Below, piece after piece: positions 52,901 to 64,000 of a stretch of 64,000 bases of DNA. Numbering within the stretch: position 1 is the stretch's first letter; the number at the start of each line of letters is the position of its first letter. The translations under genes were made by a program, and so were the position numbers. The stretch is from contig NMRA01000027.1 in assembly GCA_002633005.1 (NCBI GenBank), forward strand, positions 834,637 through 898,636, given 5' to 3'. Source of the stretch: Phoronis australis. Lineage: Eukaryota > Animalia > Phoronida. Under the pieces are notes generated by a model that searched no databases, was not told the DNA's origin, and saw only the letters and a program-made list of their open reading frames with translations.

Positions 52901-54879
52901 TAGCGCGTCAAAATATGTTATTCAAGACCACAGGCGTTCTCAAGTCAATCACCAGACTTGTGACAGAGCAGACTCTCGTGTAGGTATGGGAAAATCACCC
53001 AGAGACATAATAACATTATGAAATATGTAAAAAAGGGAAAACCTCTATTGCAACACGTCTTGGGTCGAGGGCTTGGTGGGTTGTGGGAGTTTCAGAGCAA
53101 TGCTGTTGCTATGTCACCGGGAAAATTCCAAAACCTGCACAGTCCGCCAAGAACGGAATAATTGGTAAGTACAAGATACGCTGTCAACAACATAACCTAC
53201 ATGCATTCCAGTATATTCCTTCACAGGATAATTTTCTCCTTTACTAATTCATATCATAGGTTTAGCTAACCGTTGTTCAATTACTGCTCACAAATTGATA
53301 CACAATAGCATCTTTTTCAGAGTTAAACCTTTACATGATAAACTGCAGACGTAATTGGAAACAGTAATAACATACACTTGAACATACATACATACATATA
53401 ATCTTAGTTGCGCAAACTCGCACACGAATATTTTTTTCCAAAAATTCCATCTCCACACCTTTAAATTCATGTATCAGTCCACGGATCCACCGACAACAGT
53501 ACGGCCTAAAGGCGGCAAGGTGGGAGGTCAGCCTTTCAGAACAATTTTTAGTTGAATAAATTACAATGGGAATGAAACAAACTGGGTTAATAAGACACCA
53601 TGGAGTTTGGTGGATTAGGAGATACTAGGGTAGTCCTATACCGAAAGCAAATGGGGCAGTTTCTTTGTGCGTGATGAGTTACTTTGACTACATTTTCTAC
53701 AGATGTTTCCGATTCAAACAGGGTTTTTTTTCTAAACAATTTTGCTACCACATGATAGGTTCACAACCAGTCTAAGCAAAAACGCCACCGACACTAAAAT
53801 ATCGGTTACTTTGATATCACCGTAACTGTTTCTGTGAGGTACATTTCGTGCTTTTGAAAAAGCCTGCAGTAAGTTATACCGCTATAGAGAGGATACCCCG
53901 CGAGAAAACTGAAAATATTAACATGCATATGTAGAAGACTCCATGCCCTTGGAAGTAATACAAAAAAACTTTGTCAGCTCTTTGTGCAGGCTTGGTAATA
54001 GGTGTCTAAGTGTCACTATTTTAAGACCGCGCATTTGTGTATTTGTAGCTTTAAACCAGTCACTAGTTGTGCGCCTGTTGTACGCATTAGAATAGCGTCG
54101 TACTGTATAATACAGCAATTAACAGAATTGGGTGCTTCAACGTTTTTAATTAATTTTAAGGATACAACCAGTTTCCACTAAAATGTGGAATTATTCTCAA
54201 TTGGCTTTTCTAACACATTGAATAGCATACAAAATGCTTTAGTTGAATAATGGCTGATCTAAATTGAGGGCTTGCGAATTTATCTATTTGTCTGGAACTG
54301 CCAGTCGCATCGTGGAGCTAAACGAGATATTTTAGAGCCTTAAAAGTGAGAGTAGGTGATGTGAAAGAGGTGAAACGTGTCCTCCCGTGTAGTAGTATGT
54401 CTGCCTCTGTGCTCAGCAAGAGCTAGGTGATCTACTGTAGTAGATTCATTTGCCTGGATCATCGATAGAACCCTAGACATATATTTTCGTCGCAAAAACA
54501 CTTAATGTATTCACTGCACGCAAGAGGGGAAATCCGACAGAGGTGTGAAAAATTACCAAAGACATAAAAACAAGTTTCAACGTCCTTCTTCGCGTGACTC
54601 CTGGTAGGAATCACTAAACTCCAATGTCTGACCCTGAGGAATAATTTTAGAGGCACGTCATTCATGCATAAGTACTTTTATTGTCGCACTGTGATTGCTT
54701 ACGACTTGGACATTATTGCTTGATCATATCTTACTTCAAATGCCTTGAATTATATGCAGTATATACATATTGTTACGCAACTGACTGCGGAGGCGAACAG
54801 CTGATCAAATAGAATGTCATATCAACAGTGTTGGCAATATTCTGTCGGTGAAAAATAATGTTTGATTGAGTTCATAAGT

Positions 54880-55740
54880 TTTCTTATTTTTGTTTTAATG
54901 TTTATTACGAGAAATCTTCAGAATACAATGAATATACATAACCCAGAAAGCGCCAAGAGGCATTAGATCTGGGTAAAAAAAATAAAAAGAAGTCTATATG
55001 CAATGATTATATACAAATACATAAATGAAAAAAACTGATGTTAAAAATACAATGATATATGACAACGAATGAGAATAATTTATTTTCATACAGATGTATA
55101 AAATTCTATCCACTCACACAAAGAGATTTAATGTTATAAAGAAATTCTGATACTATTTCAAATAAAATCATATTTTCGTTTGAGTTAAGTTCTTGACATC
55201 CATACAGAAAGAAATTAATTCTGTTGTACAATTGCGGAATTTCAGAGTATTTTTTATAAACATTGGGGTATTGTTCGAGTGCCTGGAAGTGCTGTACCCT
55301 CTCCTCCTTGCATACCTCACAAGCAAAGAAACCATGAGGATATGTCTGGGTATCTCCACAGGAACACAGAGCCGAAATATTATTAAAATTATGTCTAAAT
55401 TTCTCGTTGTTTAGGAATAGACCACATCTTGATCTGTATAGGGTTATTTCATGGTTGCGGGGAAGTTGGAATGATGTCAATGGGGCTGGCAAGTCTGGAG
55501 TAGTGGTATGCATTTTAAAGTTATTTTTTGAGAGTGACGATTGAAGAGCTTTCTTTAATTTTGAATGGTAAGGAATTCCAGTTGTCAATACAAGTTAATA
55601 TCGTTGATCTTCTAAAGGCTTGGCTGATGGAGGCTGGAATAGTATACATATTGTTTTCTTACGTCGGTAGAACTGGAACAGGTACCGAAATAACAGAAAT
55701 GTTGTCCAGGGCTCTCGTTTGCTTGTGGTCCTCGACGCTT
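54880..55740 (-). mobile_element. CR1/L2-like LINE 3' end (ORF2 C-terminus, 3'UTR, A-rich tail)
   Basis: CIDNWNSLPFKIKESSS, HEITLYRSRCGLFLNNEKFRHNF and ALCSCG...HGFFAC. The minus strand ends aataaacattaaaacaaaaataagaaaa. Confidence 0.85.
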
Positions 55741-56321
55741 TCTCTTCAGTTGCAATAACGGTCAGCACCACTTAACACCAGAAAGCTGAAATTATGTTCC
55801 ATTGATATAGAAATTTCTGGGAGTGGAAATGAAATCAATTAAACATGCCAAATCCGTCAAAATATTGTGCATTTCTCTAAAAAGTTACATTGATACTAAG
55901 TAGTGATTTTGCAACAAGTAAACCTTACAAATATGGCTAGGCTAAAAAACGGAACGGAACTCAAAAAGTGGAGCTGTTGTATACCTAATATGCAGTTCAC
56001 GGTTTCGCCCAATCACACATCGCTGAGATAGAAGACAGAGAGTCGCATATCAAAATGCAACCTGTCAAAATTAGAATAAAAAACAGGACATGTTACCACT
56101 TCCCCAAATTGGGCTGCTGAGTTGAGGCCTGCAGGTCAATTGATTTGATAACCGTGTAAAGGAATTCGGAGTTGTTTCATGTATTCTGAATTTGCAGTAG
56201 AATTCAAAATTACTGTTTAAGTCGTATGATTACCAAGAAACGGTGTTCTGAATTTTATGGTAAACTAACAAAAATGATCAATGACTGCTCTGGGAGTTCC
56301 TCAATAGTTATCGAGTATCTG

Positions 56322-56700
56322 GGGCCCGTTCCAAGAAAACTGTCTTAGCTAAGACAAATCTTAAACTTAAGTCAATTTTAAGACAAATCTTAGGTTTGTC
56401 TTAAGGCCGTTCCAAGAAAGTGATCTTAAGTTCGTCTTAAGTTTTTGATTTGAGTTTTGTCTTAAGTTTGACGTAGCTTACCGGATGTGGAAGTTTCAAA
56501 GCTTGGAGGTGGAGAAAGAAGCGCTTTTGCAGCAGACGACATGGACAAAAGGAAGCCGAACTATTCGGTAGCGGAACTATCTCGCTTGGTTGCTGGTGTG
56601 GCCGAGCACAATGACGTTTTATCTTCCAAATTTTCATCCTCTGTCACACAAAGCTCCAAGCGAGATGCTTGGCTTCACATAGCGTCAAGGTTAGTGTATT
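56322..56700 (+). mobile_element. PIF/Harbinger-like 5' end
   Basis: CTG|GGGCCCGTTCCAAGAAA start, a second ggccgttccaagaaa at ~56405, TTAAG-rich subterminal repeats, and an adjacent Myb/SANT exon. The other end was not found. Confidence 0.7.
56541..56689 (+). pseudogene. First exon of a Myb/SANT-like DNA-binding protein (Harbinger accessory ORF type)
   Basis: MDKRKPNYSVAELSRLVAGVAEHNDVLSSKFSSSVTQSSKRDAWLHIASR|gttagt matches the RxxNFSxxE...L...K..AW..I pattern. No downstream exon recognised. Confidence 0.8.
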
Positions 56701-58329
56701 AAGCTCACTCATCAAGACCACGGCCACGGGCCTTCTTGCCTTTGGCCTTGTCACCACGATGTATTTGGTGCTAGAAAATAGCTCACTTCGCAACAAAAAT
56801 ACCTCTCACATATATTCTGATGACAGCGATACGTTATGTCTATGAACCAGTGCAGACGACGACCAAATGAAAGCTCGTGCAATCTGATTGCATTTTAAGT
56901 ATCTTTTNGCGTGGTTGCGCTGCACGCGAAACAAGATGGCGGACGACCTTTGGAGCCTGACGACAATAGGTAACCGGACTATATTATCACTGGACTATTT
57001 CATATATGCCATAGCTTGATTTTAATTCAAAGACAAATGAAAAAATAAATCAGTGGAGAAATTATGGATATTTTTTCCTGTCTTCAATTTTTATATACCA
57101 GATTCGCCCTATGAGAGCCCCCCTTCACGCGTTTCCAGACTTCGCCAAAATAAGCACCCAGCCCGTGCGTGTTCATGTGAAAAATGCCTTACCTACAGTT
57201 CTAAAACTCTATAGTCACGTCTTCAATTCATCAATAAGATCCGACAGTCCCAAAAAAATCATTGTGCGCGGAATTCATAGACCACGAGCCTCGCCACTAT
57301 GTTGGTATTTAGCCGTGACTATACACTTCAAACTTCTGCCGTGCTTCATGAAGAACCCATAAGTTGGGCTGGTCTTGCGAGGAACGTGTTCCGGATTATG
57401 CCGGTGGTGGCCTTTCAGAATAGGCACAGCACACTCGTCAAAGGGATTGTATTGCATCTACTCCCTCAACAGGAGTCCAAAATTCTGTGTGCACGTGAAA
57501 ACCGCGAACCGAAGACTAATAAACACTTGGCCAGCTTCTAAAGCAGCAACCCAAGAGCGCGCGCTACATACAAGTAGCTATCTATTCACGAAGCGGGTAG
57601 CATAGCATCGGCAGGAAATGGATATTGGCACTTATTTCCGAAAGTTTCTCATACCGTAAAAACGTTCGCGTTATTTTTAGGAGCATTTATTAACTTAATC
57701 GTAATTGGTGTTATTAAAGTCAAAATGACGCACTGCTAGTGGACCCTTCCACACCTATACACCCCCTGAGTCTCCCGGAAAATAACTGTTAGACTGTCAC
57801 GCATCCAGTCACCCGGCGACTCAATGACATTTAATATCGGCCTTACCCAGACAATTCTCGAAAGTTTTTAGCAGATGAGATCCACAAATGCTAAAAAAGA
57901 CAAGTATTGCTTTACTGCTTGCATTAATATTTTTAGTTACACTGCACACATCAATCGTTACATCGCGTTTACTCTGGCAAATGAACCCTGATGACACGCA
58001 CGCGCTCGCTCACTNACAAAGTTTGCACCACGAAGTAACCGGGACCAGACGTCCAGGACTGACGTGGTTTACGAAGACGACCAGAATGAATTACCAACAG
58101 TAGCTTAGTCTAGGTCTTTTTGTCTAACTACTCTGTTTCTGAACTTTTTCCTTGATAACTGTTTAATGCATTATGTAGTAGTTAGGAAGTGATAATAAAG
58201 AATATTGATTCTCCTAACCATTTGGCGAATTTTAGAAGATATTTTGTGAAATAATAATATAATATCTAATGTATTATTTCATTAATATCTTAAAAAGCTG
58301 GCAGATACAACCGTGTAATAACCCATAAA

Positions 58330-58351
58330 GTTATCTCACTAGTGAGATAAC
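58330..58351. repeat. Perfect 22-bp palindrome GTTATCTCACTAGTGAGATAAC
   Basis: Directly visible, just 3' of the tRNA-like element on the minus strand. Confidence 0.9.
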
Positions 58352-58363
58352 GATTTGGCGGGA

Positions 58364-58434
58364 AACCGAGGACGGGGTCGAACCCCGAACCCTAATATTG
58401 CTAGTCGCCGACTTTAACCACTACACCACGCAGC
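58364..58434 (-). mobile_element. tRNA-derived element (SINE head or tRNA pseudogene)
   Basis: Minus strand GCTGCGTGGTGTAGTGGTTAAAGTC...GGGGTTCGACCCC has A-box and B-box/T-arm. The anticodon stem does not pair. Confidence 0.65.
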
Positions 58435-58980
58435 GACTGACGTCTTCTAGTGTGAAAATAGAATACTTAAATGAGCACGCGCAATAATCGCACGTTCAAC
58501 AAACCGCATTGTACTGTACTTATACGCTCCGAAAAATAAGACACATAATTTCCATAAAAATGATATCTTAATTCAGTGAAATTTTTCTCTCATGTCCTCT
58601 TACTTGTAAATCATCGATCTCCAGTTTGAATGCAGATATCGTGTCGTCAGGATCTTTGACTTGAGAATTGTATTCAGTTACCAGTGGTAACCTACTTTAG
58701 CAGACGATAATTTCCCGGTCGAAGCTTAGCGTGTAAAAACGTGTTTTAAGCTATAATAGTTGCTTAGCCTTAATTTAGAGATTCACTTCATTTCTATTTT
58801 GTTTAAATTTCCAATTGGTTTTGAGTATAAGTATTATTTGACAAAAATAGCTCGGCTTTTCTTAAAAGGTCACGACCTCCGACCCCGGGCCTCTGACAGA
58901 GAAAGTAGTTACAAAGCCGAGGCGAGTCGAGAAAGGTAGATCGATTCATTGCAATGTTTCTCGTTTAGTTAGTGGTATAA

Positions 58981-59144
58981 ATAGATTATTACATGTTCTC
59001 AGTCCTTATCCCCCTTATCTAGAGCCCTCGTGGATTTTGTAGAATTATCACCCTCGGGGCTAACGCCCCTCCGGCGATAATTCTCCAAAATCCACTCGGG
59101 CTCTAGATAACGGGGGATAACGACTTCGCCATGTAATAATCTAT
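58981..59144. mobile_element. ~165-bp fold-back (hairpin) MITE
   Basis: atagattattacatg...ttatctagagccc...gtggattttg-[ggggctaacgcccc]-caaaatccac...gggctctagataa...catgtaataatctat, a near-complete inverted repeat. Confidence 0.85.
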
Positions 59145-60776
59145 ATTTATTTGTTGTACGATCTTAAAGCTAATTTCGTGGATCATTGTTGAATGGTGTA
59201 GAATTTTTGAAGTTATTAGAGGTTTGGGATGATATTACAAATCACCCATTATAGCCGTTGTCTGCCACACAAGCGCTGAAATCAAGTACATGTAAGTACC
59301 CATAAAATACTCTGTCGTTTATCAAGTGATTTTTAAACCAGTCTGTTAGACTGCAACCGCGAAGGTTCCCAACTCAAATCCGCGCCGGGACTGTTCTAAT
59401 AAAATAGTCAAACATATGAAATGTCAAAATAAATATCAGCAAATAAAATCACTGACTTTATAAAATGTTAACATACAAGCACGCATCCAATTTGATTCTG
59501 ATCTTTGCCCCTAGTCATTTTGAGACCTGCGCTCATTTAGGGAACATTCACAGCGCAGATGTGTGTGAAACCGAAACTTTGAGTTGAAATCACCCTCTTA
59601 TCTTCTTTGGTATGTCGCAAACGATAATCTACGCACTCCTTCATTTTTAGGTTTTTAGTCTTTTATTCTTGAAAGTTAGGTTGAATTTAATCCTATTACC
59701 AGTGTAATTTACTTGACTGCATATTAAAAATGTTAAAATAATCGTTTTGATCAGGTGACCAGCTATTAGGCTGCAGTTTAGGTGTGTGTATTTATGTTAG
59801 ATCTTTTATTCCCACAGGCAACTGTCTCCATACGCATTGTTTAAAGTAAGTCGTTCGAATAGTCTCACAACAGGCTCATCGCCTGTTCGACGACCTTCGG
59901 CATCCCCAGACGTTTAATGCCTACGGCATCCATACGCTACATGTATGTATTGTGTACAGGCTCGAGTCAGCCAGCTGCATCAAGTGCAAGTTACGTTAAA
60001 GCATGTTACTAGATGCTCGGCCTTTTGAAACAAAGGATAAGGGCCAGTGCAATGTGCCAGTTGGGGGTATCATGTAAACTTAATGAGCTTATCTAAGGTC
60101 CGCTTACTCTTGAGGCAACTAACTGTGACGTAGTCGATAAACCAACCCTTAAAGTGGAACTTTCACGCTAATGCCTGAGCTCTATTGTTGCTTAGACAAA
60201 TTAGTTGAAAACCTAACATATATGGACAATGTGAACATGAAGTACGTTGAAAATTGCCAAATGTCTTTAAGAACGAGTTTCATTTTGAAAATGATCAACC
60301 ACAAATCACTCAACCGTGTTCAGTAAGTATCGAGAGGTGATGTTGGAAAATAACACTACTAGTCGGTGGGCCAGACTTTGTAGGGCCTCTAGAAAATGGT
60401 TTTTGTGAGTACTTTAGGGGGGCAATTTTATGTTGGTGTTTTAAAATTCATTTAGTCGAGTGTTTTCAAAATCTAAAAAGTTCCCACATATAAAGTTGCA
60501 CATTTTTGAGAAACTTGAGTTTGAAGTTACCTAATAATCACCAAAGAGCTTAGTAAACTTATATTTGTAAAAACAACAGTTATGGTGACTTTTTTGTAAA
60601 ACAAGTAATATGGTCCCATCAGTGCCATTGTATTGAACAATATTACACTCACATTACATGTTTTACTATTGTAAATTAACTGTAAACAGTGAAATTCAAA
60701 AACGTAAAGAGACACCTAGTGGCAAAAATGCAAACTAAGTCTGAATGTTACTAGGAAGCTATTCTGGCATTGCCAG

Positions 60777-60925
60777 GCAACAAAAATAACACAAAACACT
60801 TGAGACTGGGCAAAATTTGTGCCTCAATGACTAAAACATTGACTAATGGTNGGCAACAAAAATAACACAAAACACTTGAGACTGGGCAAAATTTGTGCCT
60901 CAATGACTAAAACATTGACTAATGG
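60777..60925. repeat. 74-bp exact duplication across the N at 60851
   Basis: ggcaacaaaaataacac...gactaatggt occurs on both sides of the N. Confidence 0.92.
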
Positions 60926-62638
60926 TGCAAAATACAGCTTGTTTGCATAATACATCAGAAATACGTTATAGTATAAAAACAATATAGCTGAATGATCTCT
61001 GTGAATGTGCCAAAGACTGTATGAAAATAATAGAGATTATTCTGACAGCGTTTATCAAGCAGTATGAGACAAATACATGACAATGATCAAAGTATGTACT
61101 TTCTATGACTTAATCAACAAATAAAATAAATTTTTTAATACAAAAAAAGGAAATAACGGGGTTGGAGGTTTCTTTAGGGTTGACTTGCCAAAGAACTATC
61201 CAATGTTATGCAGTCAGTGTTGCTGATGTTACTACAGTTGTCACAGCTGCACATTTCTGTACAGTTTGACCCAGCATTGCAGCACAAACTCAGTTTCCCA
61301 GCACACATGTTCTTTTTGCACTTGCAGCGTTCATTGTTTTGTACTGTCAATGGAGATGCGGTCATTGCCATACATATTAACTGCAAAGCTCCACCGCTAA
61401 GGAGCCAACTATGGTCGATTAGAGAGGGTACAGCACTGCACACTGGTGATTAGCCCGCAGGCAATGAAGGGTCAAACACTAAGTCCTTGTTTGGAGGCAG
61501 GCACTATTTGGGCAAACGTTTGATTCAAAATATATGTTATAATGGGCTGTGTTAATTAGAGTCAGCAAGTGAATTATTGAACACTAGCCTCAATTCACTT
61601 TCGTATCTCTTAGTCGGGCACAAACTACAACAGTGAGTAGCTTCAACATTATTTCTTAAGATTTCCTGTCCAAATAACTCCATGCACACCAGCTTTCTGA
61701 AGAACAGCTTCAAAGTCTTGCTTTAGTTTTGAAAAAGGCAAATGACATCCTCCTTGTGTTAGAAGCTTCGATTCAATGAACTCCAAACAAAACTGTAGAA
61801 AAACATCTCTGAAAACTGTGAATTCGTCACTCTTCACAATCGTTGTCTTTCTATTTTTTATATCATGATGATCTGTGGTACTTGGCTTCTAGGACACAAG
61901 GTCTTTATCTTTGAATTTCATTTGCATATTCAGGGCTCTGGACTGAGCTGTTGCTTGCGATACAAGTCCAACTGAAAAAAACCCGAACTGTTAACACTAA
62001 TTTAACATTCAACTATGAGTGAGTTGGCATGCAACCTTTTCAGACGGACTTATCAGGAACTGATCCACCACCAGCCTAACGAATTTACATGCCGTCTGAT
62101 CTGTAGCCTAATAATGTTGGTCGTCTAATAATTAGATCAGTTGATGCAACTAAAAATAAATCAGCTGATATACCAGTGCAGTGATTGAAATTTAATTTTT
62201 TTAAATCAGATGCTCAAACCATAGGTAATCAACATTTGACAAAATGGACAGTGGCTTCCATCGTCCTCAAATTTCGACGGAGACGATGGCCACTTAGGCA
62301 CTTTAATTTAATTATAATTGCAGCTACCTAAGTAATTAATGTTTACAAAAAATTGAGACTACGGCAGGGGATGACGGCCACTTGGGCATGTTGCTTGCAA
62401 CCATCTACTCCATTTAACCTTCTCAAAATTTTTTGACTTAGTGCTTTAAAATCACACCCACAGTATAACGCCATAGGGTTATCCCTTAGCGCAAGCAGTG
62501 TCGATGTGGCAACTGAATGGAGTGTTCGAAAAACAGGATTGCAGGAGTATTTGTTTAAACTGGGAACAAATGAAAACATTAACAACCTCCTCAGAGGCAT
62601 CTCTCTACACGTTACTTCTAAACTTAATAGGAACATAA

Positions 62639-64000
62639 TTTGCCGAAAAGTATCTACTGGGTCAGCAGTATTGTCTAAGGCCTAGGCAGCCAAGGGGCTG
62701 AACAAGTTAAAAAACAACTGGTGATAGTACTGAAACACACATGGAAAACACCAAGATGTATTTTTCAAAAACACGTACCTGTTTTTGAAAGCTATACTTC
62801 TTTCTCTTTCTTGAAATGTGGCCCATAATGTACTTTTCCTGCTAAGAAATGATGCACTCGTGTTTCAGGATGTTCCTATCTTGTTCAGGTTAATTGGGTG
62901 TTTCAGATTTTGGAAGTGTAATCGATTTTCTTGTGAAATCTTGGATAACATCTGTATCACTTTCACCAACTTCAGCTTTAGTACTACTGTTGGTGCCTTG
63001 AAACGTTGCTATGCCGTTCTATGTCCTTTCAATTTTTTGGTCTGACACTTGGTCTTCTAGTCTACAGCACTCAGCAGTATACTGTGACTGTGTAGGCTAC
63101 CAGGACATGCAGCTGTTTTCTGCACAAACGTTTGTGACACCTCTTCTTATTTTTGATCTACTGATCTACAGAGTTCCAAAGTCAATCAGCTTTCGTCAGG
63201 AAGCTTTCCTAACCTTCTTTAGGCTCTGACATCACAATTTTGTGCTGTTTGATAAACCTTGAATTATACAGGCATCACACTCCATGGGAGCAGCCATATT
63301 GAAGTAACTAAGCACAACAATACAGTCTGGCTCTCTGATTGGTCAATTCAATAGACAAGCGCCATCAAGTGGCAGGAATGTGCATCATATTTNTTTGCCG
63401 AAAAGTATCCGGCATATGAAGTACCTATAGTATGATCATCGTCTCTACTGGGTCAGCAGTATTGTCTAAAGCCTAGGCAGTCAAGGGGCTGAACAAGTTA
63501 AAAAACAACTGGTGATAATACTGAATCACACGTGGAAAACACCAAAATGTATTTTTAAAAAACACGTACCTGTTTTTGAAAGCTATACTGCTTTCTCTTT
63601 CTTGAAAAGTGGCCCATAATGTACTTTTCCTGCTAACAAATGATGCACTCATGTTTCAGAATGTTCCTATCTTGTTCAGGTTAATTGGGTGTTTCAGATT
63701 CTGGAAGTGATTGATTTTCTTGGGAAATCTTGGATAACATCTGTATCACTTTCAGCAACTTCAGCTTTAGTACTACTGTTGGTGCCTTGAAACGTTGCTA
63801 TGCCGTTCTATGTCCTTTCAATTTTCTGGTCTGACACTTGGTATTCTCGTCTATAGCACTCAGCAGTATACTGTGTAGGCTACCAGGGCATGCAGCTGTT
63901 TTCTGCACAAATGTTTGTGACACCTCTTCTTCTTTTTTATCTACTGATCTACAGAGTTTCACAGTCAATCAGCTTTCGTCAGGAAGCTTTCCTAAGCTTC
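62639..64000. repeat. Duplication across the N at 63393 (62639-63392 vs 63394-end)
   Basis: tttgccgaaaagtatc...tactgggtcagcagtattgtcta and the following ~550 bp recur with SNPs and indels. Confidence 0.88.

Larger units (their letters stand above)
50270..53120. mobile_element. Second copy of the 33540-34430 MITE, split by nested LINE and Kolobok insertions
   Basis: 50270-50819 and 52901-53120 align colinearly to the left and right parts of 33540-34430. Confidence 0.65.
60360..64000 (-). mobile_element. Decayed large DNA transposon, Academ-like transposase remnant
   Basis: Cys-rich C-terminus PSLIDHSW...CKCKKNMC...CCNAGSNCTEMCSCDNCSN (61174-61443). Upstream fragments FCLEFIESKLL...FSKLKQDF, YRCYPRF and RNILKHECII. 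Candidate end TAGTCGGTGGGCC at 60360. Superfamily assigned from recalled motifs. Confidence 0.65.

Noticed and set aside
58364-58434. Functional tRNA gene
   Set aside because: The anticodon stem cannot pair and the acceptor stem is poor.

Overview
AT-rich, intron- and repeat-rich animal genomic DNA, probably invertebrate; the species cannot be read from the sequence. Nearly all of the ~200 ORF-track entries are spurious. The one clear host gene is on the + strand and its 5' end lies upstream of the window. It has four paralogous 282-nt, phase 1-1 exons, each encoding one complete six-cysteine kringle (K1 2581-2862, K2 13198-13479, K3 18522-18803, K4 27526-27807). A further partial copy at 1487-1710 is probably a haplotype duplicate at an N join. 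Downstream lie one frame-compatible exon encoding a GPI-signal-like hydrophobic C-terminus (40645-40757) and a 3'UTR exon with AATAAA (about 42170-42280). The gene is either a multi-kringle GPI-anchored surface protein or a variable-kringle plus constant-anchor alternatively spliced system. The rest of the window is decayed mobile DNA: an internally deleted Gypsy element, CR1/L2-like LINE 3' ends, a TIR element with a spliced THAP pseudogene, a triple nest (MITE > LINE > Kolobok), a Harbinger end with a Myb/SANT exon, an Academ-like remnant, hairpin MITEs, a tRNA-derived element, a tandem repeat full of CTCF-like motifs and microsatellites. Several single-N joins are flanked by overlap duplications. 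All calls were made by eye, with no searches run.
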